A DNA stretch of 43,200 nucleotides from an uncultured Gammaproteobacteria bacterium (GTDB lineage Bacteria; Pseudomonadota; Gammaproteobacteria; UBA9214): positions 1-43,200 of the forward strand of contig CBEULV010000001.1 of the NCBI GenBank assembly GCA_965544015.1, in the 5' to 3' direction. This document shows, one piece after another, positions 1 to 8,853 of the stretch. The notes below the pieces were generated by a model, which saw only the letters and a program-made list of their open reading frames with translations, ran no database searches and was not told where the DNA came from. The position numbers were made by a program, and so were the translations under genes. Position 1 is the first letter of the stretch, and every line of letters starts with the position of its first letter.

Positions 1-3000
1 GGCGCTGTAGTGCCAGAAGATGGCGGCCTCGTACAGCAGGCCACTCTCGTCGTGTGCACTGCTTTCCTCGCTTTCCGTGGCCACCGGCACGATATCGGGT
101 CCGGACCTGGCCAGGGTATAGGCCTTCGCGTGCACACCGGAACCCACCACCATGGTCGCTGCCGGCTGCAGGTCGGCGCTCGGATCGATGCGGGCGTCGA
201 GCAGCTGCACGGTCAGCGCCCCGTTGCGCCAGCGGAAGCCGCCGCCTTCCGAACGGGCTGACTCGGTGATGTGCAGCTGTCGGTTCGGATTGCGGACGTA
301 GCCGGGCGGAGGCGGGTTGTTGATATTGAAGCCGTTACAGCCGCTGTAGCTGTAGCTCGGATCGGGTGTTCCCGCGGCCAGTACCGACTCGGCCGCTGTC
401 AGCACCGCTTGGTCAGAAAAACAGACCGTATCCCGGGGGTCGTGCAGGCCCAGCACACACTGCGAGCGCGTGGCATGGATGCCTTCATCCAGGATGGAGC
501 GGGCACCGAAACCGACGCGGATGGTCGGTACCGGGCTCAGGCCAGCGGCAATCGCCGCCTCCCGGCCAATGCCGGAATTCTCGCCGCCCGGGCAGTAGGA
601 CGGGTCTTCCGCCATGATATCGTCCAGGGTGAATACCAGGCTCACGCCGTTCTGGTCGACCAGGCTGCCGACCGAGCTGCGGCCGTTCTGAAGCTGGGTG
701 GCGACCAGGTTCTGGTAGGCCACCACCGGCCAGGTACGGCAGCCGATTTGTATGGTGCCCGATATCGAGCGGTCGGCATTGGCCAGGGTGATGATGAACG
801 GCTTTTCCGGTACTTCCTGCGTGAACGGTTCGGCGCCGGGTTCATTCAGCGAGTTCACCTCGGACTGCAGGATGGCCTCCGGGGCGCCGGTGTCATCGGC
901 GGTGCCGTTCAGGGGCTCGAGGTTGCCGTCACGGTCCTGGTGCAGGGTGTCATAGATACGGTTCAGCTCGCCTTCCACGGCCGGGATACAGGAGTCCGTG
1001 CTGCCGTCACTGACCAGCACCTCGGTGGTGTTATCCGCCGTGCTGCAGGTCACGCTGCCGGTATTACCGGAGGATGTGATGCCCAGTGATATAACCAGGT
1101 TGGACTGTCCACGGCGCGGCTCCAGCGTGAACAGGTCGACGTAGTCCACGCCGTGGATGCCGTCATAGTCATGCACGTGGCCGTCAACGGCGCGTCCCAG
1201 GCCATCATTGGTCTGGATGTTGTAGCCTTCACTGTGCTTGTGGATTCCGTTTGGCGCGATTTCATCGATGGCACCGGTATTGTTCGGGCTGTCCACTACC
1301 ACGTCGATGTGACCGGCGAGGATATCGGCCGGGTCATCCAGAGGGGCGACCGGCAGCTGGATGCCGTTGATGAACATCTTGTCGACACCGGCCTTGAGGC
1401 GGGCAAAGGTCGGTTGCGAGATGTTGCCCGGGCCCAGGCTCAGGCCCACGGGTGCCTTGATGACACCGGACACGGTGACGCCATCGAGATTGTTCAGATC
1501 CGAGTCGCCATTCAGATTGTAGACAATCTTCCCGTTGTCACTGCCCTGCAGGAAATCCAGCGACATCACCCAGCTGTCGCCCACCATGAGGCGCTCACCA
1601 CAGTAGGGGGTCGGCCCGGTCGGGTTGGTGGTGACGAACTGGATCCGTCCGGCACGTATGAAGGGTGAGCCGACCAGGCGTTCGCCGCAGTTCGGGAAGT
1701 CTACCTTCCAGCCCAGGTGCAGGTCCGGGCAGGGAGTGATGCCAAACGGGCAGCGATAGTACACCTTGTTGGCGCTGGGTATGTAGCGGACGTCTTCTGC
1801 CGGCTGGCCGGTGATAAACACCTTGGACGTCTCGGCCAGCGTCTGTGTCTGCAGGTCGCTGCTGTCATAGGGAAGGACGCTGCCACTGGTCAGCGTGGGC
1901 AGGTTCGAAGTATCGACCCATATCCCGTAGACCGACTGATTCTCAGTGTAGTCAGCCTGGACTTCCGGGTCGCCGCCCGAACTCAGGCCGTCATTCAGGG
2001 CATCAGTTGCACTCAGAATGCTGCCGGTGCCGAAGTAGACCATGTAGCCCTCTTCGGTCGGGTGCCTGGTAACCGCGGGGGCATTCGTGATCGGCTGATC
2101 CGGGCTGCCATCGAAGACCTTGACCGCGGTCGAGGAGGCTGGTGTGGTCTGGTTGATCAGGAACATCCACAGGTCGCCGTTGATGTCACCGGCAAACACC
2201 AGCTCGGCCTGGCCGTCTTCGTCGGTGCTGACCAGCACCGGGGCAGACAGGCCGCCGTGGTTGCTGCTGTGGGTGTCAATTTCAGTGACGCTGTTGTCAT
2301 CCAGGTTCACCATCATCAGCTTGGTCGGATGCAGGCTGGCAGCACTGTAGCCGTTGCCGGCAAAGATATACCAGGTCGGATTGGCTTCACTGAGACCAAT
2401 GTAGCCCAGACGCGGACGGCCGTAGACATGGCCCCAGTTGCCGCCGGTTTTCTCGAACAGCAGCTTGTCGTCGGTATAGGCCGGGTCGGTGACATCCAGC
2501 GCAAACAGGCCCGGGAAGCCGGCACCGCCGCCGCCGGTCAGGATGGTGCGCCAGACCGGAGCGCCGTCACTGATCTGCGCCGAACCTGACGTCAGTTCAC
2601 CGTCGACATAGTAGGTGTGCCGGTAGGTCGTGTAACGCGCGGCCAGTCTGCCGAGCTTGCCGTGTACCATGGACGGGACATAGGCGTAGATCTCGGAGCC
2701 ATCGATCTCGTCGAGGACGTGCAGCATGCCGTCATTGGCGCCAAACACCACACGTCCGGCGCGGCCGGCCTGTGCCGAGAGGAAGCTGGTGAATCCGTCT
2801 ATCTTGCGCAGCAGTTCGCGCGGTGGCCCGATGTAGAGCGGTGTGCCGGTGATATCGCCCAGTACGCTGTAGCGGGTGCGCAGGTCACCCGTGGAGCCGG
2901 TTTCCGTGTCATTGCTCTTTTCGTGCAGGCGCTCGCCGAGCACGTAATTCAGGATGTCGCTGACCGTCGCTGTATTCAGACTTGGTTCAGCAGCCTCCAG

Positions 3001-3522
3001 GATGAAATTGTAGGTGGCCGGGTCGATCTGTTGACGCTGGGCGTCACTCAGATAGTCCCAGGTTAAGGGCACCTGGCCATTGGGGTTCAGGACAGTATCG
3101 ACGGCGGCACTGTTATAGGTAAAGATGTTGCGCAACTGCCAGTAGTTGCCGGTCGGATTGTCAGCACCGTTGTCGATGAAGCTGGCGCGTGCCGACCAGC
3201 AACCGCTGGCCGAGCGGTTACATCCACCATTGGAGCCGTGTGTGGCCGGGTTGGCGCCGACACTCACATCGGTGATGCGGCTGCCGTCCTGCCCAATCAG
3301 GTATTCAATAATATCGCCCTGCCAGGCGCCGTTCTCGAACCAGGGCCGGTAGGCGATGGTGCCGGCATCCAGCAGGTCATTATTCTGCAGGGCATACTGG
3401 CCCAGCAGCACGGTCGGTTGCGTGGACGGGATGAAGACCGCGGCGGCATAGACCAGGCAGCCGATAACTGCTGCGAGGCCGGCAGCCAGCTTGATGCGGA
3501 AACTTTTGCTGTGCGTATTCAT
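1..3522 (-). CDS. pilY1: Type IV pilus tip-associated adhesin/biogenesis factor PilY1 (N-terminus complete; C-terminus runs off the window)
   Basis: Absent from the ORF track because it has no stop inside the window. Hand translation from the ATG at 3522-3520 gives MNTHSKSFRIKLAAGLAAVIGCLVYAAAV (signal/anchor). PilY1/PilC beta-propeller motifs follow: VVFGANDGMLHVLD, YAYVPSMV, WRTILTGGGGAGFPGLFALDVTDP, STDEDGQAELVFAGDINGDLWMF, VYFGTGS, VYGIW. The frame appeared open to position 1 in the stretches I checked. Plus-strand ORFs 271-3561 are codon-aligned antisense shadows. It lies directly downstream of pilX. Confidence 0.8.
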   Translation of the reverse strand, partial: MNTHSKSFRIKLAAGLAAVIGCLVYAAAVFIPSTQPTVLLGQYALQNNDLLDAGTIAYRPWFENGAWQGDIIEYLIGQDGSRITDVSVGANPATHGSNGGCNRSASGCWSARASFIDNGADNPTGNYWQLRNIFTYNSAAVDTVLNPNGQVPLTWDYLSDAQRQQIDPATYNFILEAAEPSLNTATVSDILNYVLGERLHEKSNDTETGSTGDLRTRYSVLGDITGTPLYIGPPRELLRKIDGFTSFLSAQAGRAGRVVFGANDGMLHVLDEIDGSEIYAYVPSMVHGKLGRLAARYTTYRHTYYVDGELTSGSAQISDGAPVWRTILTGGGGAGFPGLFALDVTDPAYTDDKLLFEKTGGNWGHVYGRPRLGYIGLSEANPTWYIFAGNGYSAASLHPTKLMMVNLDDNSVTEIDTHSSNHGGLSAPVLVSTDEDGQAELVFAGDINGDLWMFLINQTTPASSTAVKVFDGSPDQPITNAPAVTRHPTEEGYMVYFGTGSILSATDALNDGLSSGGDPEVQADYTENQSVYGIWVDTSNLPTLTSGSVLPYDSSDLQTQTLAETSKVFITGQPAEDVRYIPSANKVYYRCPFGITPCPDLHLGWKVDFPNCGERLVGSPFIRAGRIQFVTTNPTGPTPYCGERLMVGDSWVMSLDFLQGSDNGKIVYNLNGDSDLNNLDGVTVSGVIKAPVGLSLGPGNISQPTFARLKAGVDKMFINGIQLPVAPLDDPADILAGHIDVVVDSPNNTGAIDEIAPNGIHKHSEGYNIQTNDGLGRAVDGHVHDYDGIHGVDYVDLFTLEPRRGQSNLVISLGITSSGNTGSVTCSTADNTTEVLVSDGSTDSCIPAVEGELNRIYDTLHQDRDGNLEPLNGTADDTGAPEAILQSEVNSLNEPGAEPFTQEVPEKPFIITLANADRSISGTIQIGCRTWPVVAYQNLVATQLQNGRSSVGSLVDQNGVSLVFTLDDIMAEDPSYCPGGENSGIGREAAIAAGLSPVPTIRVGFGARSILDEGIHATRSQCVLGLHDPRDTVCFSDQAVLTAAESVLAAGTPDPSYSYSGCNGFNINNPPPPGYVRNPNRQLHITESARSEGGGFRWRNGALTVQLLDARIDPSADLQPAATMVVGSGVHAKAYTLARSGPDIVPVATESEESSAHDESGLLYEAAIFWHYSA

Positions 3523-3544
3523 GCTGCTTCTCCGTTTTCTATTC

Positions 3545-4150
3545 CTACAGCGGGTCAGTGACAACCACGGACTGTAAAATGCGGTTGGCACCGCGCGAGG
3601 TGCCACTCCTGGCCGATACCAGGAATACCTGGACAATGGCCCCGGCCAGCGGGTTCATGTTGCCCGATATGGACTCATCCTCACCTGCGTTATTGTCAAG
3701 ACCGGCATCCTGGATCACATATTCGCCGGTGCTGTCGTCGGCATTGCTGTCACCGTCGGTGTCACTGCCGTCACCGTTGATGTCTGCCATTGCGACCGAT
3801 GCCCTGTTGAATGTCCATACCAGGTCAGTGGGTTGCTGCGTGCCTGTCGTGTCGCCATCGAAATCAACTGTGGACAGCGGGTAGTAGTGATCGGTGGCAA
3901 CATCCGGGTCGAATGGGTTGCCGGCCACCGTCTTGATGTCGTCTTCCGCGGCAACCAGAAAGTACTCGGTATTGTTCAGTGCCAGGGTCTGGAACTGGGT
4001 ATTACCGGCCATGAGGTTTTCCAGTCGCGAGATATTCATGCCGAACACGCCCAGGATGGTCAGCACCAGCAGGAAAATCAGTGCCATGAACAGCGCGGCG
4101 CCGGCCTGCTTCCGGAACGTGGTGTGGGAATTATGAGTTCTGTTTTGCAT
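3545..4150 (-). CDS. pilX: Type IV pilus minor pilin PilX
   Basis: 201 aa. The PilX-type hydrophobic N-terminus is QAGAALFMALIFLLVLTILGVFGMN. Positioned between pilW and pilY1. ATG verified at 4150-4148. Confidence 0.75.
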   Translation of the reverse strand: MQNRTHNSHTTFRKQAGAALFMALIFLLVLTILGVFGMNISRLENLMAGNTQFQTLALNNTEYFLVAAEDDIKTVAGNPFDPDVATDHYYPLSTVDFDGDTTGTQQPTDLVWTFNRASVAMADINGDGSDTDGDSNADDSTGEYVIQDAGLDNNAGEDESISGNMNPLAGAIVQVFLVSARSGTSRGANRILQSVVVTDPL

Positions 4151-4167
4151 GGGTGGCTCCGGGCGGA

Positions 4168-5169
4168 CTAGTTACGCAGGCTTACCGTGCTGGTAAACAG
4201 CTGGCGTCGATAGCCGTCGTTGGGTATGTAATTAATAATGTTGCCGATGGTATAGGGGGTGCTGTTGGTGTAGCCGGTTTCCGGACATTCCGCACGCACC
4301 AGGATCCAGATGCGCGCCGCGATGACCTGGCCCCAGCTGGTGGTATCCGTGGCAGCCGGCGCATCGACATAGCTGTCAACGCTGTCATCACCATTGGTGT
4401 CGAGGCCATACTGCACCTGGAACTGGTCGACGCCGTAGGCAATTTCCTCGGAGATCAGCGCGCCGCTACGCAGGCCGAGGCGGTACAGCGACGGAATGGC
4501 GGCACTGCCCGGGCACTTGTTGGGGTCGCTGTTGGTCGAGGTATGGATGAAGTAGCCATTGGAGACCAGCTCGGCGGTGCGTACCGCGGCACCGGTGACC
4601 GGGTTGGTGGCCTCGTCCTGGCCACGGAACAGCGTGCCTTCGAACAGCGAGGAGCGAATATAGAACTGGTCGTTGTCGAAGTTCGGTGTAGTGATACCCC
4701 CGACCACCCAGGGCGCGGCATAGCGAATTACCAGGATATCCCCAATGTGAGTGGTGTCCGAGGGCAGGCAGCCATAGTTGGTGCGGTTGTCGTCTCTGCC
4801 GAAGATCGGGAAGGTCAGCATGCGTGCCCAGTTGACGTTGGTGCAGGTGCCGTCATCGGTGGCAATCCTGTTGCCGTTGTTGACGCCCCCCGGGGTATTG
4901 TCCTCGATGGCGTTGATGTCGGCATTGCCACCCCAGTAGCCGGCGCGGCGCAGGTCGGTGCTGAGCACCTGCATGGCGTAGCGGCCGTTCTCCTGCATGC
5001 GCCCCAGGGTGTCCTGGATGATGTAGCTTTGTTTCGAGCCCAGGAATACCTGGCTGACACCGGCCATCAGGATGAGCGTGATGACCAGTGCCACCATCAG
5101 CTCGACCATGCTAAAGCCGCGGCTGTGGCGTGGCAGCGTGCCATATATGTTGCGTGTATCCATATGCAT
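4168..5169 (-). CDS. pilW: Type IV pilus minor pilin PilW
   Basis: The track ORF 4168-5331 is over-extended. The internal start MHMDTRNIYGTLPRHSRGFSMVELMVALVITLILMAGV carries a prepilin cleavage/methylation motif (G/FSMVE). Its ATG at 5169 overlaps the pilV stop (TAATG), indicating translational coupling. Confidence 0.8.
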   Translation of the reverse strand: MHMDTRNIYGTLPRHSRGFSMVELMVALVITLILMAGVSQVFLGSKQSYIIQDTLGRMQENGRYAMQVLSTDLRRAGYWGGNADINAIEDNTPGGVNNGNRIATDDGTCTNVNWARMLTFPIFGRDDNRTNYGCLPSDTTHIGDILVIRYAAPWVVGGITTPNFDNDQFYIRSSLFEGTLFRGQDEATNPVTGAAVRTAELVSNGYFIHTSTNSDPNKCPGSAAIPSLYRLGLRSGALISEEIAYGVDQFQVQYGLDTNGDDSVDSYVDAPAATDTTSWGQVIAARIWILVRAECPETGYTNSTPYTIGNIINYIPNDGYRRQLFTSTVSLRN

Positions 5170-5678
5170 TACCTTGTCACCAGGCGGAAACAGCGAAAAT
5201 CGGTTGTCGACAGCGGCGGGCAGTTGAAGGTGCTGGTTCCCGCGTCGCGTGATTCGTTCCAGTAGACCGTCACGACATGCGTGGTCCTGCCGTCCACCAC
5301 CGGGCAGGCCGGCACCGTGGTCGGCGTGCACTGGGTGATTTCACTCTGTCCATTCGGCAGACGGGCCACGTTGGTGCGCCACTCGCTGATATCGGTCTCC
5401 GCCATGGTCGTCGGGAGGGTGGTAGCGTCGGTGGCCCTGGCAATCACATATTCATTATTGGCCACACCGGCCGGGTTAACGCGCATACGGTCGGTGATGT
5501 CATAGGCAAACTGAGTGACCAGTGTGCGCATGCTCGCCATCTGGTTGGAGCGCAGGCCGGTGGTCTGCAGTGCCGCCAGTCCGAGCAGGCCGATCGACAG
5601 CACCAGCAGTGCAATCAGTACTTCCAGCAGGGTGAAGCCGTGCTGGCGGGTTGCGTGTCTGTGTTTGTGTGTCAGCAT
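5169..5678 (-). CDS. pilV: Type IV pilus minor pilin PilV
   Basis: 169 aa. N-terminal prepilin motif RQHGFTLLEVLIALLVLSIGLLG. Operon position between fimU and pilW. Confidence 0.8.
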   Translation of the reverse strand: MLTHKHRHATRQHGFTLLEVLIALLVLSIGLLGLAALQTTGLRSNQMASMRTLVTQFAYDITDRMRVNPAGVANNEYVIARATDATTLPTTMAETDISEWRTNVARLPNGQSEITQCTPTTVPACPVVDGRTTHVVTVYWNESRDAGTSTFNCPPLSTTDFRCFRLVTR

Positions 5679-5691
5679 GGTCAGGGTTCCG

Positions 5692-6243
5692 TCAGGGGCA
5701 GGTTTGAGTGCTAACGATGGTGTGGCCCTGGGTTGTCACCCTGACATTGCGTACCTGGTCGATACGGCAGTCATCAGAGACAATGGTGAAATCCACGGCG
5801 CCACCGTTGGAGGCCATGCCGGTCGGCAGGAAGCGCAACCGGGTTGCCGTGGTAGTCAGGGTGTTGTTGTGTGTCAGGCCGCTACCGGTGCGCATCAGGC
5901 AGTCTTCGGTTGCCTCGCACAGTGGCGCGCTTGCGCCGGGCTCCAGGCTGCCGTTGATGTTGAAATCCGAGAACACCAGCCAGCCGTTCTGCCAGTCCGA
6001 GGCGTCAGCCGAGCAACTGGTCTGGTTGCTGCTGGGGCACAAGATGGTGTTGGTACCTCGTTTCACGGCTTCACTCCTGGCCAGCTGTATTGCGATCACG
6101 AAATCGTTGGTCTGGCTTATCAGTCGATTGTTCTTGGCGAAGTCGCCCAGGTAGGGGACGGCTGCCGCCAGTAGTACTGTTATCACTGTCAGGGTGATCA
6201 GTAGCTCAATAAACGTAAACCCGCTTTCTCTAGCATTAATCAT
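5692..6243 (-). CDS. fimU: GspH/FimT-family minor pilin (FimU-like), first gene of the minor-pilin operon
   Basis: 183 aa. Motif ESGFTFIELLITLTVITVLLAAAVP followed by FVIAIQLARSEAVKRG, typical of the GspH/FimT/FimU family. 13 nt upstream of pilV. Confidence 0.75.
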   Translation of the reverse strand: MINARESGFTFIELLITLTVITVLLAAAVPYLGDFAKNNRLISQTNDFVIAIQLARSEAVKRGTNTILCPSSNQTSCSADASDWQNGWLVFSDFNINGSLEPGASAPLCEATEDCLMRTGSGLTHNNTLTTTATRLRFLPTGMASNGGAVDFTIVSDDCRIDQVRNVRVTTQGHTIVSTQTCP

Positions 6244-6454
6244 GTTTTACAAACCTCGCTCATCCGTGTCATCCCCTATAAGATAAGCGGCTGGGTTTTC
6301 CCGACAGGCGGGGTCAGCGGCATATCTGTAGCGGTTTCCGGACACAGGTCAATCGGCAAGCCCGCAGGCCGGGTTCCCTTTTATCGGCGTAGGCGGGCGA
6401 TACTTAATCCGGCATAACCGGCACAGGCAATGCCCGGCAGGGCGCAAGACAGGT

Positions 6455-7549
6455 ATGACAGAAAGCATCAACAGTGCGGATTGTGTGGTCGTTGGTGGCG
6501 GGTTGCTGGGGCTGCTGACGGCGCGGCGCCTGGCGCAGGAAGGCATGGCGGTTACCCTGCTGGAGCGCGGTGCACTGTGCCGTGAATCCTCCTGGGCCGG
6601 AGGCGGCATCCTCTCGCCGCTGGTGCCCTGGCAGTATGCCGATGCCATCTCGCGACTGGCTGAGAGAAGTCAGCATGACTACCCGTTGCTGATGGCAGAA
6701 TTACTGGAACAGACCGGCATCGATCCGGAGTGGACACAATCCGGCATGTTGATGCTGGATACCGTGCCGGATGCCCGGGTGATGGCCTGGGCGGAGCGCT
6801 TCCAGTGCCAACTTGAAACACTGGATGCCGACCGGGTGCAACTCGCCGAGCCGGCGCTGGCTACCGCCAGCGGTCCGGCCGTGCTGCTGCCTGGCGTGGC
6901 ACAGATCCGCAATCCGCGACTGTGCCAGGCGCTGGCCGTGGCACTGCAGATGCAGGGCGTAACCCTTCGGGAGCAATGTGCCGCGACCCGGCTGCTGGTC
7001 CGTGACCGGGTCGTCAAGGGGGTCGAAACCGTGGCAGGTACCGTGCATGCCGACTGCGTGGTGATTGCCGGCGGTGCCTGGAGCCCGCAGCTACTGCTGG
7101 GTGTGGGCCGGGAACTCCCGGTCAAGCCGGTACGTGGCCAGATGATCCTGTTTCAGGCCCCGCCCGGTATGCTGCGGCATATCGTGCAGGGCGCCGGGCA
7201 TTACCTGATTCCGCGCCGCGATGGCCTGGTGCTGGCAGGCAGTACGCTGGAACATGTCGGCTACAACAAGGAAACCACGCCACAGGCCAGGGAAGAGCTG
7301 ACGCAGGCTGCTTTCAGCATTGCTCCGGGACTGGCCGGTTACCCGGTTATCAGGCACTGGGCCGGCCTGCGCCCCGGCTCGCCGGAGGGGGTCCCGTTTA
7401 TTGGAGAGCATAGTGAAACCAGTGGCTTGTATCTGAATACCGGGCATTTCCGCAATGGCGTGGTGATGGCGCCAGCCTCGGCACAACTGCTGGTGGATTG
7501 CCTGCTGCAACGGGACAGCTTCACGGACCCTGCGCCCTATGCGTTTTGA
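6455..7549 (+). CDS. thiO: FAD-dependent glycine oxidase ThiO / D-amino-acid-oxidase family
   Basis: 364 aa. N-terminal dinucleotide fold DCVVVGGGLLGLLTARRLAQEG. Length and layout fit the ThiO/DAO family. A DAO/ThiO-like gene also neighbours fimT-fimU in Pseudomonas (from memory). Confidence 0.65.
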   Translation: MTESINSADCVVVGGGLLGLLTARRLAQEGMAVTLLERGALCRESSWAGGGILSPLVPWQYADAISRLAERSQHDYPLLMAELLEQTGIDPEWTQSGMLMLDTVPDARVMAWAERFQCQLETLDADRVQLAEPALATASGPAVLLPGVAQIRNPRLCQALAVALQMQGVTLREQCAATRLLVRDRVVKGVETVAGTVHADCVVIAGGAWSPQLLLGVGRELPVKPVRGQMILFQAPPGMLRHIVQGAGHYLIPRRDGLVLAGSTLEHVGYNKETTPQAREELTQAAFSIAPGLAGYPVIRHWAGLRPGSPEGVPFIGEHSETSGLYLNTGHFRNGVVMAPASAQLLVDCLLQRDSFTDPAPYAF

Positions 7550-7627
7550 CCCGACTGGAACGTTCTCGGGTCCTTCGTAGACACTGCGCCAGGATCGGGT
7601 CTATACTAGGACTGATTAAAAAGAAAA

Positions 7628-8077
7628 TTGGTACGGAAAAAGACGGACAAACAGATGATTAGTGAAGCTCATAATGATCTTGCCGGCTTGATGCGGGGGC
7701 ATGGCATTCTGCCGACACAGCAGCGCATGATGATTGCAAAGGTGTTGTTTGAACAAAACGGTCATTTTTCCGCCGACCAGCTGATGCGGCAGGTCAATCA
7801 TGACAGTGACCGCGTTTCCAAGGCGACGGTCTACAACACGCTGGGGCTGTTTGCCCGCAATGGCCTGTTGCGTGAGATCATTGTCGATCCGAGCCGGATC
7901 TTCTACTGTACGAATACCATGCCACACCACCACCTCTATAATGTCGATACCGGTGAGCTGCTGGATATCGATACCGACAGCCTTCCCATCAGTGACCTGC
8001 CGGCCCTGCCCGAGGGAACCGTGGCTGACGGGGTGGATGTCATTATCCGCGTGCGCAATGATTCAGCCGTGAATTGA
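7628..8077 (+). CDS. Fur-family transcriptional regulator, Irr-like (no CxxC pairs, HHH motif)
   Basis: Winged-helix part LPTQQRMMIAKVLFEQNGHFSADQL...SKATVYNTLGLFARNGLL. C-terminal part MPHHHLYNVDTGELLDI...LPALPEGTVADGVDVIIRVR resembles Irr rather than classical Fur. The track start at 7628 is TTG; the ATG at 7655 (MISEAH) is an equally plausible start. Confidence 0.7.
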   Translation: MVRKKTDKQMISEAHNDLAGLMRGHGILPTQQRMMIAKVLFEQNGHFSADQLMRQVNHDSDRVSKATVYNTLGLFARNGLLREIIVDPSRIFYCTNTMPHHHLYNVDTGELLDIDTDSLPISDLPALPEGTVADGVDVIIRVRNDSAVN

Positions 8078-8129
8078 TCTGTACCGGTCCATTCGGAACC
8101 GGTAATATTCCTCAGCAATTATTTTCAGG

Positions 8130-8205
8130 GCCGGAGTAGCTCAGTCGGTAGAGCAGCTCACTCGTAATGAGAAGGTCGGGGGTTCAATTCCTCTCTCCGG
8201 CACCA
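8130..8205 (+). tRNA. tRNA-Thr (anticodon CGU)
   Basis: 76-nt cloverleaf read by hand. Acceptor stem GCCGGAG/CTCCGGC, D-arm GCTCAGTCGGTAGAGC, anticodon loop CTCGTAA (CGT), T-arm GGGGGTTCAATTCCTCT, encoded 3' CCA. Confidence 0.9.
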
Positions 8206-8212
8206 ATGAAAA

Positions 8213-8240
8213 ATGCCCGCAGTCGTGGGCATTTTCTTCT
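8213..8240. terminator. Probable bidirectional rho-independent terminator between tRNA-Thr (+) and fimT (-)
   Basis: Stem ATGCCCGC / GTGGGCAT (8 bp, one G-U pair) with loop AGTC. Followed by TTTTCTTCT on the plus strand and preceded by AAAAA, which reads as a T-run on the minus strand. Confidence 0.5.
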
Positions 8241-8283
8241 GCAGGGGTACCGTTACACCCTAATGGCCGTGAACCTTTTGAGC

Positions 8284-8853
8284 TTAGGTGTCCGGGGTGC
8301 AGTCGGAAATATTACCTGCAAACAGCCTGGGGATTCCGTTACTGGTGACCTGGATCTGCTTGCCATGGTCAGTGCCGCGATCATCGCACAGCGACATGAC
8401 TGCCATTCCACCCTCGTTGGTTGAACCGTCCGGGTTTATCTCAAGGTTATTGTCCCAGATGCCATTGGTGCGAAGTCTGACATCCGTATCGCTGGGCATG
8501 CCCCTGCGTAACAGGACGTCGGTACCGGCGTCGTAGGAATTGTTCAGGTACCTGCCATCATCGGCAAAAATGATGTAGCCGGTGCTCCAGTCATAGCTGG
8601 TGCCACCACAGACAGGTACTGGTGCCTCCACGGTATTGCTGCGACATAGAATTACGCGCACACCGCGCTTGACCGCTTCACTGCGCGCGAAGTGGACATC
8701 CGTTACTACATGATTCAGATGTGTGACCAGCTTGTTGTCCCGGATCAAATCGCTGACGCTGGGTACGGCCAGTGACAGGATGATCGAAATAATACCCAGT
8801 GTGATCAGGATTTCGGGGAGCGTGAATCCACGGAGTTTGTTGTAGTCTGTCAT
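8284..8853 (-). CDS. fimT: GspH/FimT-family minor pilin (FimT-like), monocistronic
   Basis: 189 aa. Prepilin motif LRGFTLPEILITLGIISIILSLAVP followed by VVTDVHFARSEAVKRG, paralogous to the 5692-6243 product. Confidence 0.7.
   Translation of the reverse strand: MTDYNKLRGFTLPEILITLGIISIILSLAVPSVSDLIRDNKLVTHLNHVVTDVHFARSEAVKRGVRVILCRSNTVEAPVPVCGGTSYDWSTGYIIFADDGRYLNNSYDAGTDVLLRRGMPSDTDVRLRTNGIWDNNLEINPDGSTNEGGMAVMSLCDDRGTDHGKQIQVTSNGIPRLFAGNISDCTPDT

Noticed and set aside
271-3561. Series of plus-strand ORFs (271-1089, 1153-1668, 1717-2589, 2617-3066, 3238-3561) covering the left 3.5 kb
   Set aside because: Their translations are Arg/Gly/Ala/Val-rich with no motifs, and they are codon-aligned antisense to the pilY1 frame, which gives clear PilY1 motifs. 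These are typical high-GC shadow ORFs.
4153-5265. 370-aa plus-strand ORF
   Set aside because: Antisense to pilW, which has a genuine prepilin motif and operon context. The composition is shadow-like.
6244-6454. TPP riboswitch upstream of thiO, or a recognisable AlgR/sigma-54 site for the divergent fimU operon
   Set aside because: The conserved TPP-riboswitch blocks (CUGAGA, ACCUGAUCUGGAUAAUGCCAGCG-like) are not present. I could not identify a convincing regulator site by eye.
8078-8283. tRNA-Thr as an integration site for a genomic island
   Set aside because: I could find no integrase, no duplicated tRNA 3' end and no compositional break on either side. The flanking genes are ordinary pilin and regulator genes.
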